Below are positions 10,950 to 22,904 of a stretch of 46,680 nt of DNA, piece after piece; position 1 is the first letter of the stretch; every line of letters starts with the position of its first letter. The stretch is from the NCBI GenBank assembly GCA_001179505.1, contig CDMY01000589.1:1-46680 (forward strand), written 5' to 3'. Origin of the DNA: Vitrella brassicaformis CCMP3155. Taxonomy: Eukaryota > Protista > Chromerida. Position numbers and translations under genes: made by a program. The notes under the pieces were generated by a model. The model saw nothing but the letters and a program-made list of their open reading frames with translations. It made no database searches and was not told the origin of the DNA.

Positions 10950-12755
10950 ATGGCTGCGTCGTCTTCCCGCTCAGTGCACGGCGGCACGCCGCCAGCACCA
11001 ACTGGCTGGCTGGGGCTGCATCGCGTCGAGATCAAGTTACCCTGGCTGCATAGCGATGCCACTCGACATCTGTGTGACGTCGTCTTCCGCCGGTCCATCG
11101 GCAGCGCGCAAGGCGTCGCACAGCTCATCCGGCAGGAAGGGGCTGAGGCAAATGTCATGCCGTTACTGGTGCAATCACACGCGGATGGCGCCCCTCCCCC
11201 CCCGGAGCCGCCCATGGTCTACCCACTGCTCAGCCTAGCTATTGACAACATGACCGGCAACACTATTCCATCCATCTGGGTGGACCGTCCACGGGGCATG
11301 AGTCCCGTCGCCACGAGGTGCTGGTCGTCCCCCGAGCTGCAGGATGACATCATGAATGCACTGATCGACGGTGGGGCCGACATGAATGCGACGAGCGCCG
11401 ACCGCTCCCACAACACACGGCCCCTTCGTGTGGCGATTGCGGCGGGCAACATACGAGCAGTGAGCCTGCTGCTGCGGCGGGGCGCGCAGCTGAGCGGCTT
11501 CAGGGTGATGCGGCTGCCGTTTGCTTGGGGAGTGTACGGTGGACGAGAGTGTCTAACCACCTCCGACGCGGAGCGGCAGCTCATGTCGATTTATCAGCGA
11601 CTCATCCAGCGAGACAGCACACTCGCAGTCGAACGCAGCACCGACGGCGGCTCCTCGCTGAGCGTGGTGGATGATGCAGCCACGAGCCGGGGGGGTCCTT
11701 TCTCCCAGGCCTTCATTGACCAGTACCTGGACATGCTACAGGCCAATGGAGCAGACGTAAGGGCGGGGACTGGCCCGTGGGGCACTACCCCATTGCGGTG
11801 GGCGGCGATGTTCGGCAGCCCCCAAGTCGCCGATTGGCTGTGTCGCCAGGTGCCGGCCGACATCGACAGAGACCTGACAGGCGAGCCGCATAGAACGCCC
11901 CTCAATACGGCTCTCGGTGGGCTCACGCGGTGGGCTGATGACCTGAATGACGACAGCCGGCCAGAGCATGAGAAGGAGGAGCTTCGCACACGGGAGATTC
12001 CCAACCTCGAGGCCTTCATCCGTACACTGGTGCGGGCCGGGCTCGCCCCGTCCCTTGTCCGCTTCACAGTACCTGAAGACCACCGCCGTCGGTGTCGGCT
12101 GCTGCTCACGCAGTATGCCGCAGTGCTGAACGAGCTGCCTGATGTGTCGATGGCGGCCATCAACGCCGCCCTCGCCCGCCAGCGCGACCACTCGATGCTG
12201 CTCGCCCGTCTGCTGCCCGTCGCACCCCATCATGACGGCGCCCACCCCCACCCCTCCCCATCCAACATGGCATTCGGACCACACGAGGCGGACGCCATCG
12301 GCTGGAAGATCGGCGCATTCCTGCACGATCCATCGGCTGCCGTGGCGGTCATCGACCGGTACCTCATCGGTGACTCACAGCTGAGGCGCCGCGTGCAGGC
12401 GGCCGTCAGCCATTTCGTCAAGTCGGCGGCCACACAGACATCCAGCAACAGGGAGGTGGTGGGCGATATGGCCAATGTGGGCGGCGTCACGGGGCGGGTG
12501 CCGCTGCAGTGCTTCGCCATTCGGGGCAGTGGCGTGCAGGTGGCGCGCATGGTGGGTGTGCGAGAGGTGGTGCACAGGGCCCGGCTGGACGAGGCGGCCA
12601 GGTGGTTGGACGGGGCAGCCTGGTGTGGCCTCACGGCGGGTGTGGTCAAGGGCTTCAACGAGCACCTCGGCAACCAGGACTGCCAATTCGCGTGGCAGCA
12701 GCTGGGCCACATCGACAAGACCACACGGATATTCGTGGCGCTGGGCATTGAGTGA
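10950..12755 (+). CDS. Intronless 601-aa ankyrin-repeat-containing protein of a lineage-expanded family
   Basis: Single ORF with ankyrin-like motifs ALIDGGADMNA...RPLRVAIAAGNIRAVSLLLRRGA and ANGADVRA...TPLRWAAMFGSPQVADWL. C-terminal VVKGFNEHLGNQDCQF segment recalled as typical of a Vitrella family. Confidence 0.75.
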   Translation: MAASSSRSVHGGTPPAPTGWLGLHRVEIKLPWLHSDATRHLCDVVFRRSIGSAQGVAQLIRQEGAEANVMPLLVQSHADGAPPPPEPPMVYPLLSLAIDNMTGNTIPSIWVDRPRGMSPVATRCWSSPELQDDIMNALIDGGADMNATSADRSHNTRPLRVAIAAGNIRAVSLLLRRGAQLSGFRVMRLPFAWGVYGGRECLTTSDAERQLMSIYQRLIQRDSTLAVERSTDGGSSLSVVDDAATSRGGPFSQAFIDQYLDMLQANGADVRAGTGPWGTTPLRWAAMFGSPQVADWLCRQVPADIDRDLTGEPHRTPLNTALGGLTRWADDLNDDSRPEHEKEELRTREIPNLEAFIRTLVRAGLAPSLVRFTVPEDHRRRCRLLLTQYAAVLNELPDVSMAAINAALARQRDHSMLLARLLPVAPHHDGAHPHPSPSNMAFGPHEADAIGWKIGAFLHDPSAAVAVIDRYLIGDSQLRRRVQAAVSHFVKSAATQTSSNREVVGDMANVGGVTGRVPLQCFAIRGSGVQVARMVGVREVVHRARLDEAARWLDGAAWCGLTAGVVKGFNEHLGNQDCQFAWQQLGHIDKTTRIFVALGIE

Positions 12756-13106
12756 GGGTGTGGTGTGATTGGGGAGGGGGAGAGAGGGGTGGGATGCTTG
12801 ATGGCCATGCGTTGCGTTGTGGGCGTCGCCTTCACAGACGGTTATTCGTGTGTGTGAGGTGACGGCGCACGGACGGACGGACGGACGGACGGATGGTGTC
12901 TACTGATTGATGATGATCGATTCAACCGCCGGAGGATTATTTAAATGCACTGGATTGTGCACCAACGATGAGTCTGACCGCTGTTTGTCTGTCTGTCTGT
13001 CCATATTCACCGACACGTCACGTCACACGCAATGCAATACATACACACACCATCACCATTCATCGACATGTAAGTCTACTCATTACGCATGGATATGTAT
13101 GAGGGA

Positions 13107-13213
13107 AAAAACACAATAATCAATCTACCCATCGAAGTCTGTGGCTCTGCTCTCTTTTGGGGAAAAACACAATAATCAATCTACCCATCGAAGTCTGTGG
13201 CTCTGCTCTCTTT
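13107..13213. repeat. Perfect 51-bp direct repeat, two copies, period 56 bp
   Basis: aaaaacacaataatcaatctacccatcgaagtctgtggctctgctctcttt at 13107-13157 and 13163-13213. Confidence 0.95.
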
Positions 13214-13704
13214 ACCACGGACACACGCACAGAGAAGCGAAGCACGCCACTGGCCGGCCGGTCGGTGGCACACTCACACGGAAGGAGGCAGGGGATATGG
13301 CGGGCGGGATGAGGGAATTGCGCAATGGCTACAGACAAGACAGGCAGGGGCAGGGCAGGGGCAGGGGAGGAAAGCCATCGGCACGCAATGGTGGATACAA
13401 GTATGCAATGCAATCTCACGCATATTACATTACTTACGGCAATAATTATAATGCGCCGCTCCCGTGTTGCAGTGCGCAAACGGAAACAATCTCCCATACA
13501 AACAAACGCTATTATATAATTAGATAGACACACACAAACTGGTAGGTATGCATCTCTCTCTCTCTCACACTCACTCACTCACACACACAGCACACACATA
13601 CTAGGCAACGGGTCAGCCAATGCGGGTGCGGGTGGCACTGTCTCGCACACGTTGCAACGCCGCAATCAACGCTGCCGTGCTCGATAGGCATACACACATA
13701 GCCC

Positions 13705-13736
13705 CTCTCTCTCTCTCTCTCTCTGTTTCTCTCTCT
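13705..13736. repeat. (CT)n microsatellite
   Basis: ctctct run with one short interruption. Confidence 0.8.
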
Positions 13737-14155
13737 TGATGTGACACACACCGCACCGACAGAGTGGGGAAGTGATAGAGGAAAACAGCCCCTCCATACG
13801 CCCAACCCCCCCATCCATCCATCCCACCCACCACGCAGGCATCGCATGTACCAGATGAACGGAACCCGCCCGTGGACACAAATGGACACGCACATGGCCA
13901 GTCGGCCATCCCTCCTTCCCTCCCTCCCTTCCTTCCCCGTCCGTCCGTCCGTCCGTCCGTCCATTCATCCAGGCAGGCAGGCAGGCAGGCTGACACATAA
14001 AACCTAAAAGAGGCGATGGCTAGCTATGTATCATTGGGTGCGATCCTGACTGACATTAACTAGGCAACACGCACGTATTTCACGCAGAGAGAGAAGTCCC
14101 TCCCTTCCTGCCTCTCTCCCTGCCTCCCTCCCTCCCTCCCTCCCTCCCTCCCTCT

Positions 14156-15503
14156 CTAAGGCTGCTCGAATGCCTGTTTGTGGACGCTATCGAAGAAAGG
14201 GTGCGTGAGCAGGCGACACGCGCTGTGCCGGCTGGCCGGCGGGTACCGGACCATACTGCCATCACACACACACACACATGCATGCACCAATGCATGAGTG
14301 AGGGCGATGCCTGTGGGTCTGTTGGTGACTGCCTGACATACTTGGCTAGCATGTCTATTCCTTCGTCTGGCATATTGTCCGTGGGGATGGCCTTCCGCAG
14401 AGCGGTGAAGGGGTGAACCGATCGCCACTTGGGGAACTCATCCTTCACACGCACACACGCACACACAGACGTACATGCGGCAGTCGGCTTCTGATGTGTG
14501 TGGTGTTGCCGACCCACCCGCCACTCGGTGAGTGTGTTCTTCATGCCGGGCCATGTGTCCTCTGTGGGGCTGCCAAGCAGCTGACACGTCTTGAACAACG
14601 TATCCACCTCGGAATCACCAGGGAACAACGGACGACCTGATACACACACACACACCAACCATCGCCCCACCTCAGACCGACCATGCCGTGTGTGCGTTGC
14701 GTTGCATTGCGCTACCCACCGGTGGCCATCTCGGCGATGATGCATCCTGCGGCCCAGATGTCGACCTCTGTGCCGTAGACCCGCTGGCCCAGCAGCAGCT
14801 CGGGCGGCCGGTACCACAGCGTGATGACGTCCTGCGTCCCCGTGTACACCCCGATGCAGTGCATCCGGGCCAGGCCGAAGTCGGCTATCTTGAGGTAGCC
14901 CCGCTGGTCGATCAGGATGTTCTGCGGCTTCATGTCGCGGTGCACGATCTGGTGCCCGTGCAGATGGGCCAGCCCGTTGATCAGCTGGTACGACAGCGAC
15001 TTGAGCAGGTCGGCAGGCAGGCCAACCGGAACCGGGTGGTCCTTCTTGGTGCTGTTGCTGTTGCTGGTAGTGGGTGCCATGGCGGCGGTGTCTGCCGAGG
15101 TTGTGCTGGCACTGTTGCCACCCTGGGTGGTTGCCGTGCGTCTGATGAGGTGTCTGAGGTCGGTCTGGACGTACTCGAAGACCATGTAGAGGTGTCGCTG
15201 CTTGCAGTGGATATCGTAGAGCTTGACCAGGTTGTGGTGGCTGATCTCCCGCAGCAGCGCCACCTCCCTCAGCGATGTGGACGGGATCCCCTCCTCGTCC
15301 TCGTTGCCCCGGATCATCTTGACTGCCACCGTGTCGCCCGTCTTGCTGTCCAGCGCCAGATAGACCGTCCCATAAGTGCCCTCGCCGAGTGTGCTGCGGA
15401 TCTCGTAGCGGTCCAGCAGCAGCGGGGAGGGCGCAGCGGGGCTGTTCGAGGCCGACGATGAGAGCGACGACAGGTCGCCGGTGGACGACGACGCGCACAT
15501 CAT
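14156..15503 (-). CDS. Cyclin-dependent kinase (CDK1/2-related, PSTSLRE variant), 4 exons
   Basis: GEGTYG, VAVK, PSTSLRE, HRDMKPQN, DFGLAR, TLWYRPPELLLG, DIWAAGCI, RPLFPGDSEVD, HPFF. Stop TAG at 14156-14158. Confidence 0.92.
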
Positions 15504-15751
15504 CACGGCAGGGCGTGATGCTGGCAGATAGAAAGTCACGAACGAGAAAAATGGCAAAACTCGGCAGCAGGTGCCGCTACATGCTCGTCCTTCGTCGTGT
15601 TTGCCCTCCTTTCCCTCTCCCCGCCACTGTGCGAGCTGATCGCCTGATCGGGAAAAACTCATCGTTTGGCTTTCCTTTGCCATGTAGAGGCCTCCAGCTG
15701 CATCTGTGAGGCCTCGGCATCCTCAAATCCCTTCATTACGGGTGTTTCACG

Positions 15752-18700
15752 ATGGATCTGAGCCAGGTGAGGGTCCCGATGGAAGTCCGAAGGAGATCAG
15801 GCAAACGGCATCATTTGTGTGGTTCTCTACATGGTGACAGGTGGGCCAGGAGATCCAAAGCGACGTGGGCAAAATGAAATATGCATCAGAGGGGCGCAAT
15901 CCATCTCCTTCTCTGTGTGTTGTTGTCCATGGGGACAGATAAGTAGGAGTCTGACATCGCATGCTGACCAGCACCAGGTCGACGCTGCCGTCACGTTAGC
16001 CTCGCAGGTGATCGAGGGAAGGGGACTCAAACCCCTTGTGGGTGGGAGGTATCTCCATCTTGGTTCGTCGTGTGTGTACTGCGTTCTCAGCTGGGGGATG
16101 GTGCCAAGTCCTTGGAGAGTAGTATTGCGGACCTGAATGGCTTCCTAGCAGAGGTAGATGGGCAACGGATCCACCTCGTTGCCGTAGGGACGGTGGGATC
16201 TGTCTCTGTGCTGTGCGGTGTCGGTGCAGGTGGGCGGCATAGCGTCGCAGATGCAGCAGCTGCAGCCATCGCAAATCACATCAGAGGTGAGTCAAGCATC
16301 CGGTGAGGGAGCTGTACGCACAATCCATCCATTCCGGTTGCTGTGTGCAGGCGTCGTTGCGCGCGGCCCGAGATGTGGGTGAGCAGATGACGTTGATGGC
16401 CTCCCACACGGCGGCCGTCACCACACAGCTAGCACTGCAGCGGATCCCGCTTGCACGCGCTGTGGCTGCCCTCACCGCATCGACGGCAGATGAGCCACAC
16501 CAGGGACAACATCCGGAACAGGAAGCCAGCGACGCTGCCGCAGCAGCACAGACACAGGTAGCCAGGACACTGAAGAGGAGCACTGCAGGAGCTGGCATCA
16601 GACGCACTGTTCTCTTCCGTGTGGGTCAGGAAGAGCCGTCGGTTCGAGGTCCTTCGTATCGGCTCGTCTTTCGAAGCGGCAAGAAGCCCATCAACGAACC
16701 GGTACACACACTCGGGGCAGACATGCAAACTGATTCGTATCAAAATTGGTTGTGCCGTGTGTCGTGTGTGCCCTTGGTGGCAGCCTGCCCTGGCCCGCGA
16801 GTTGCAGGGATGCATCTTAGGCTCCCTCCAGCCCTGGGAGCTCGCACGACTGCGGCCGGCCATCGGCCGGCGCATCTTCCACCAAGCGGCGCAGCAGTAC
16901 ACCCACCTGACGATGGACAGCGATGACGACGAGGCGCGCGGCATGTGGGAGCGAATGTCGTGCGATATGGCGCATAGGTAAGGCCAGAGGAGCCGCAACC
17001 TCAAAGAACTTACCATCCGCCACCCAAACCGATACTCAGTCGAAGCCAACTGGTGTGACGGTGCCTGGGTATCCCTAGTTGAAGGCCACGCACACGGTCA
17101 TACCATTGGGGGGCAGCCGAGCAGTGGTGCGGCATCGTCATCAGCAACAGTGAAAGACGGCATCGAGAGCGCCGCCCCGCCCCTTCGCCATCCCCCTTCA
17201 CACGCCACACTCCAGGTGCTCCGATTTGACATGCTCGAGTACGGCATCGGGACTCGTGAATGGCACCCCCTCGGCCCGCCCCCCACCGCCCCCGTCCATC
17301 TGCCCGCCCTCACCACCGTCATCGATGTCCAGCCCGATCATGCGCCGGCCCGGGTGGGCCGCAATTGGCACACGCCCAACGTCCGAGTGCTGACGTTCCA
17401 GGGCACCTATAGCGAGGCCGACAAGTTTGAGGGGGCGCGACAGTGGATTGGCGACGGCACCCAGCTGGAGAAGCTCGAGTACAACTCACGCGGGTACGGC
17501 GGACGGATACACATGGGTGCGGGTGCATACCGTGTGGCAGGCAGGAATGGACGCCATCTCGTTATGTGTCTGTGCAGGAACGAATCGTATAACGATGAGT
17601 TTCTCAGTGGGGTGCCTGAGGGCAAGTCGCTGTCGGGTCTCCGCTCCCTTGGCCGCGTGAGTGTCACATGCGAGGACACTCATGGCTGGTGGGAGCCTGC
17701 CGACATGCGGCAGTTTCGCAATCTGCTCGTGCGGCGAGGGTGCGTGCAGTGCATCCGCGAGATGCACTTCAATCTCGCACTGGATTGGATCGAGGACAGC
17801 GCTGAGCAGCGCCAGATGGTCGACAAGGCAGCGGAACTCACGTAAGGAATGCGATGCGGCAGCAATGTCGGATGACGTCTACCCTGACTGCGTATGTGAT
17901 GTGGGTCTTGTTCCTGTCTTTCAGTGACACGGTGATGCATCCCGACGCCATCAGCCGGCAGCTGATACCCGAGGCGCCATGTGGAGGATTTGGCACGATT
18001 AGCCTGCAGCTGCTGGCGTGGAGCCGCGCCCACCGGTCGCCGACGGCCGAGAAGCTCGTGACGGACTACGCCATGGGCGTGTCCACAGTCATCTTCGACG
18101 ACAGCTCAAGCCCACGCGCAGACGCGGCCCCCGACGAGGAGCAAGATGAGGACGAGCGTCAGGTGTATCGTCCGTACCCTGTGACGCCCGCCACATTCCC
18201 CCAGGCCAACAAACTGACGCTGCCGCAGTCCAGCCTCCCGAGGGAGGACATCGGGAGGGCTGTCGAGGTGGCCACTAGCATGCCCCGGCTGGAGCACATC
18301 GACGCCAGCAGCTCTGGGGTCGCAGTGGGCTTCCTCCAGGCATTCCACGCGGCGGCACCAGATAGGGCGATCGGCACAGTGACGCTGCAACTGCCACTCA
18401 AAGACCTGAGCTCCAAGCGGTGCACTTTTGACGAGTGGGGCAAGAGCCGTAATATGCTGCCGGCAATCGAGCGCATCACTCTGAGTGTAGTAGGTGGGCA
18501 GACAACGTGCGTGGATGGATGGACAGCTGGTCCATGTTGTGTGTTACGCGTGAATGTAGGTAACACGCAGGACGGTTCGAAGCTCGAGAGATTGCACGCC
18601 AACGTTGTGGCCCTCATGCAGCAGACCAGCCATGTCAAGGTGGGTGGGTACAATGGAAGGGAAGACTGGTGCCTGGTCAACCAACGGCCCTGCTGCTGCC

Positions 18701-18873
18701 TGTGTGTGTCGTTGGTTTGCATGTGGTGCCTTTACACAGGGGGCTCCGCGTATCGATGCGACCTTCTCGCCCCATGGTGGTTTGGCGAAGAAGATCAGCG
18801 AGCGGTTTGCGTCTGCGCACGCCCTGTTCAATCTCTCGAGCTCAAGCACCAAGTTGCAGCTGGAATGGGCTGA
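15752..18873 (+). pseudogene. Lineage-specific F-box-like/LRR-like family gene with an in-frame TAA at 16979-16981; 5' end tentative
   Basis: Exons join to ...PALARELQGCILGSLQPWELARLR...GMWERMSCDMAHR*GQRSRNL...WCDGAWVSLVEGH..., and the same frame stays open on both sides of the stop. Downstream exons lie in ORFs 17150-17845 and 17854-18873. Confidence 0.5.
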
Positions 18874-19625
18874 ATCGGATAGGCTCGAGCTGACGCGGCT
18901 CGATTAGATAGATACACAGATCGATTGGCTGGCTGACTGACTAGTGTCTGGAGAGATGTGGATAGTGTGTATAGTATACATGGGTCACTCGCTGCCTCAG
19001 GGACCAGGTGTGTGAATCCTCCATCCATTCGAATGATCGTTTTTGACGTCCCATAAGTCCAAAGTAGGCCTAAATTGAGTGAGGTTGCACTCTACCGATA
19101 TGCACACAGACGCACCAGGCACCGAAGCCAGGCAACCCCCAAGTCACTGGATCAACGGATGGCTATATAATAGAGGTATGTGAGTATGTCTGTACACATC
19201 GATCCCTCCTTCGACGTAGGCAGCGAGGCAGCGATGGATATACACATAAAGCAAGGAGCGAGACGCATGCAATGGAATGCAATACGGGGAGTGACGCTAA
19301 GCTCTTCTCCGTGAACACGCACACATCACACAACACAACTCGCAAATGCACCGACCACCCTCCCCATGACAACACCAACACAATCGATGGGTCGATGTGC
19401 CACACATGGTACACACAGTGAGACAGCGAGGCAGGCAGTCAGGCAGTCGATATAAAGGAGGAAGCTATGCAGTGAGGGGTCAAAACGCCATAAAGGCTGC
19501 CTCTGGCTGACACGGACACACAGCAACGAAACTCTCAAATCAACCACTGTCCCCCTCCCATGATATAGCATGCCGGCCGTCAACACATGTATTCGACCAC
19601 CCCCCGCCAGTGGGTCGATCTGTCG

Positions 19626-22600
19626 TCAGGAGAATATGGCGGGGGTCCAGCCGGTGAAGACCTGCCGACACACTGGGCACTGGCGAGGCTGCATGGTCTG
19701 TGCACATTGCCGGCAGATGATGAAGTGGTTGCACGGCCGCAGCACCACCGATCGCTCCCTCGCCTGGCACACCTGGCAGTCGGTGGCCTCCTCTCGCGCC
19801 CTCTGGTTGCTCTGCTGCATCTGCTGCTGCATCTGCTGACGCAAGTCAGTCAACCTGACACACCGACCAAAGCACAGGCGGCGCCCGCCTTCAGAGGTGT
19901 GGCCTTGCTCTGTGTGAAGGGGTACTGACTGGTCGATGTGCTTGCCTCGCAGCTTCTCAATGTCGGCCTGAAGCGACCCAACGCTAGCTTGGAGGCTGGC
20001 ACGCACAGGGAGGCAGCAGAACCATACAGGGTCTCTAGGTGTGTGCAGGTTGTGTGCATACATACCTGGCGATCTCCTGCCCTTGGGATGCACTTTCCTG
20101 TCTCAGCGAGGTATTCTCCTGCCTCAGTGACGTCTCCCTTTGAGCAGCGGCCCTGACACGCAATGAAGAAATGAGCAAACACCCGTGTGTAAGTGAATTG
20201 GCCGTCTTCCTTGCACGAAGTAGTACCTCTTGGCTTGCTCGATGTGCCGCTGCATCTCGGTGACCTGCTGCTGACGGGCAGCCTTCTCGCGATCAACGGC
20301 GCTGAGCAGCCCAAAACAACACACGCAACACACAGCTGGACATGGCCCTGGGTGCGTCTTGTGGTTAGTGTAGGTAGACACCTGGTGAGCCGCTGGTACT
20401 GTTGGCTGAGCTGCTGGCGGTACACCTCATTGGCCTTCTTCATATCGGCCTGGAGCCGCTCGTTGGCCAGGGTGTCGGCGACGGTCTGCTCGCCCGCCAA
20501 CTGAGCCTTTCGCAACCTGCACAGATGACGCAAAACGGGCCCATCTCGGTGGACGTGCTGATGTGGTGATGCATTTTGTACCGTTCGATCTCCTGACGTT
20601 CAGCCAGAGTCTCCTGCTGGGCCGCGTCGACCTGCTGCTGGGCCGCCATATCCCGCCTCATCAACTCACGCCTACAGCAAATGAGACAAATGAGCGTGTC
20701 CTATTCTGCTCCTCCCTCCATCCCTCCGATGTGGCCCTCTCACTGCAATGCTTCGATCTGCTGGTCTCTGCCCGCCAGCTCAGCAGCAAACCTGACAGCG
20801 ACACGAAGACACCGTGGCCATCTGATCAACTGCCGTAGTCTGCCTCTCACCTGGCCCGCATCGCCACAGTCTCCTCTCCGCCACTCACACGCCCGTCGTC
20901 ACCGCCCGCCGCCCCTCCATCGCTCTCTTCAGCCCCCTGGCCAGTCAGACGCTCGTCACCACCGCCACCATGCCCACTCGCACCATCAACCGACAGCAGG
21001 TCATCAGACTCACGCCCGCCACCGGGCAACAGGGGCATGAAGGGGGCCATCGGAGCCTGCGGCGGCCCACTGGCAGAGCTCATGGCAGCAGCAGAGCCAT
21101 CTGCAGCGACACTTGGGCCATGGAGAGGGCTGCTGGATGGCTCGTCGGCGAGCTCGAGACCGTTGACCCTCTCCCCCTCTCCCTCACGCACCGATGGGCT
21201 GCTGTCGACCGCGAGAGATGCTGCGGCTGCGGCTGCGGCTAATGGGAGTGGGCCGGCCGATGCGCCAGGCGCAGCTGATGGCTTCTTCTTCTTGTGTCGT
21301 TTCTTCTTCTTGGCCTTCTTGCCGCCCTCGCCCCCCTGCTGCCCGCCCCCACCATGCTGCTGCCGGTCCTCACTGTCGTCGGACACCTGCTCGCCGATTG
21401 ACCGCAGGAGGTTCTTCTCGTTCCTGCGCGCCGTTGCCTCCCTGGCCGCCATGGCGGAACTGACGGCCTCGTCGGTCGTCTTGTCGGCTTGGCGCTTCAT
21501 GCGCCGCTCCTGCTTGGCTTTGAGATTTTTCCTGCTCTCGAGCTTCTCACGCAGCTCCTCGCGCACCACGTCACAGCGGCTCTTGTGCTGGCCGTCGACT
21601 AGAAGCTCCTCGCCGGTGACCATCTTCTGATGCAGATCTGACATAAGAATGCCATCCAATGTGTGCGGAATGTGTGCGCGTCCGGTGCTGCTATTCGTAC
21701 CGATATCTCTGAGCATTTCCGCCTTTGCCGCGGTGTTCTTGTTGATTTGCTTGCTGACGCTGGCGATCTTGGCGTCGATGCTGTCGGTCCCCCTTGTCGG
21801 CCTTGGAGGCGGCGGCCTTGGCCCTCTGCCCCTTGAGGCCGTCGAGCTCGGTCTGCAGTGTTGCCAGTAGGTTCTCGATCACCTCAAGCCGCTTGCACTT
21901 GCCATGCAAAGCCTGAAGACAGCAATGACGAATACACAGTGACAGCTGCAGACTATCCGCAACATGCTATCTCTTGTACCTGGTACACCAGCCGGGTGGC
22001 CTCTGACATGACATGACAAAGGAGATCGCACAGATGTATGTCCCTGCCTTTTCCCCTGCTCAGCCCACTCACCAGTGAGGGCGGTGCGTGCTGCATCGAC
22101 GTCCTCTTGAGTGATGTTGTTGATGGCAGGGTCGTCCTTGAGAGCCTCGAGGTGTTTCAGACAGTCGCGATACGTGGCCAGATCAGCTGCCGTCACAGAA
22201 AAGGAGTTCTGGAAGCCTCGGTTGTTGGAGAATAGGCTGTTGGAGTACAGCACCATCAAAGAGGGCGCCTTTCTGGCGACGGTGTGCCACCACGTAAGGG
22301 GACTCATTGGGTCGTAGGACCGCACCAGCACACGACACAGGTGACTGGGAAGACGCGACGAGGGAACATATGTCTGCAGATCGACGGAACCCAGGCCTGA
22401 ACACACACACACAATGGAGGTGAGAGGAAAGAAGACTGAACGCGCGCGTCCCTGGTGCCTCGGCTCCTCACATGTGTCGATCACTGGATGCCCAAAGCTG
22501 TTTTGCCGGTTCATGTCCTCGATCACGGGAAGGACATACAGGTGTATGCTGTCATACAGGTGTGTCTCGGGGAGAGGAATGTCTGAAGCGTTGACAGGCA

Positions 22601-22904
22601 GAACAACCAAGTAGTCGCACGTAAAAGCTGGCACAATGATCCAGAGGCATTGCCACCTCCTCTTTCTGCACATGCACTTACGCGTGAGGTCCAGAAACGG
22701 TTTGCTTCTGATCTCCTTCTCCTTGGCCCGCAGCCTCTCCTCCCTCCACTCCCGTGCCACCCTCCATCTGTCCTCCTCAGCTGCGTCAGTTGCCGGCGGC
22801 AGGCGGGCGTCGTCGGCTGCCCACTGACGCTCCTTGACAGCACGTGCATCGGCGAGCTCACTCTCACGCGCAGCATGGGCCCTGCCGACGGCTTCGCGGA
22901 CCAA
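19626..22904 (-). CDS. Coiled-coil protein with C-terminal C3HC4 RING finger (putative E3 ligase); apparent +1 frameshift at 21789-21793; 5' end unresolved
   Basis: CQVCQARERSVVLRPCNHFIICRQCAQTMQPRQCPVCR just before the stop at 19626; long Q/E/R/K coiled-coil exons; basic KKKKRHKKKK stretch. Confidence 0.65.

Noticed and set aside
13347-13367. G-quadruplex-forming motif GGGGCAGGGCAGGGGCAGGGG
   Set aside because: Expected in a GC- and microsatellite-rich genome; no functional context is evident.
15645-15660. E2F-like site (TTTCCCG) upstream of the CDK
   Set aside because: Imperfect match to TTTSSCGC, and such short motifs are expected by chance.
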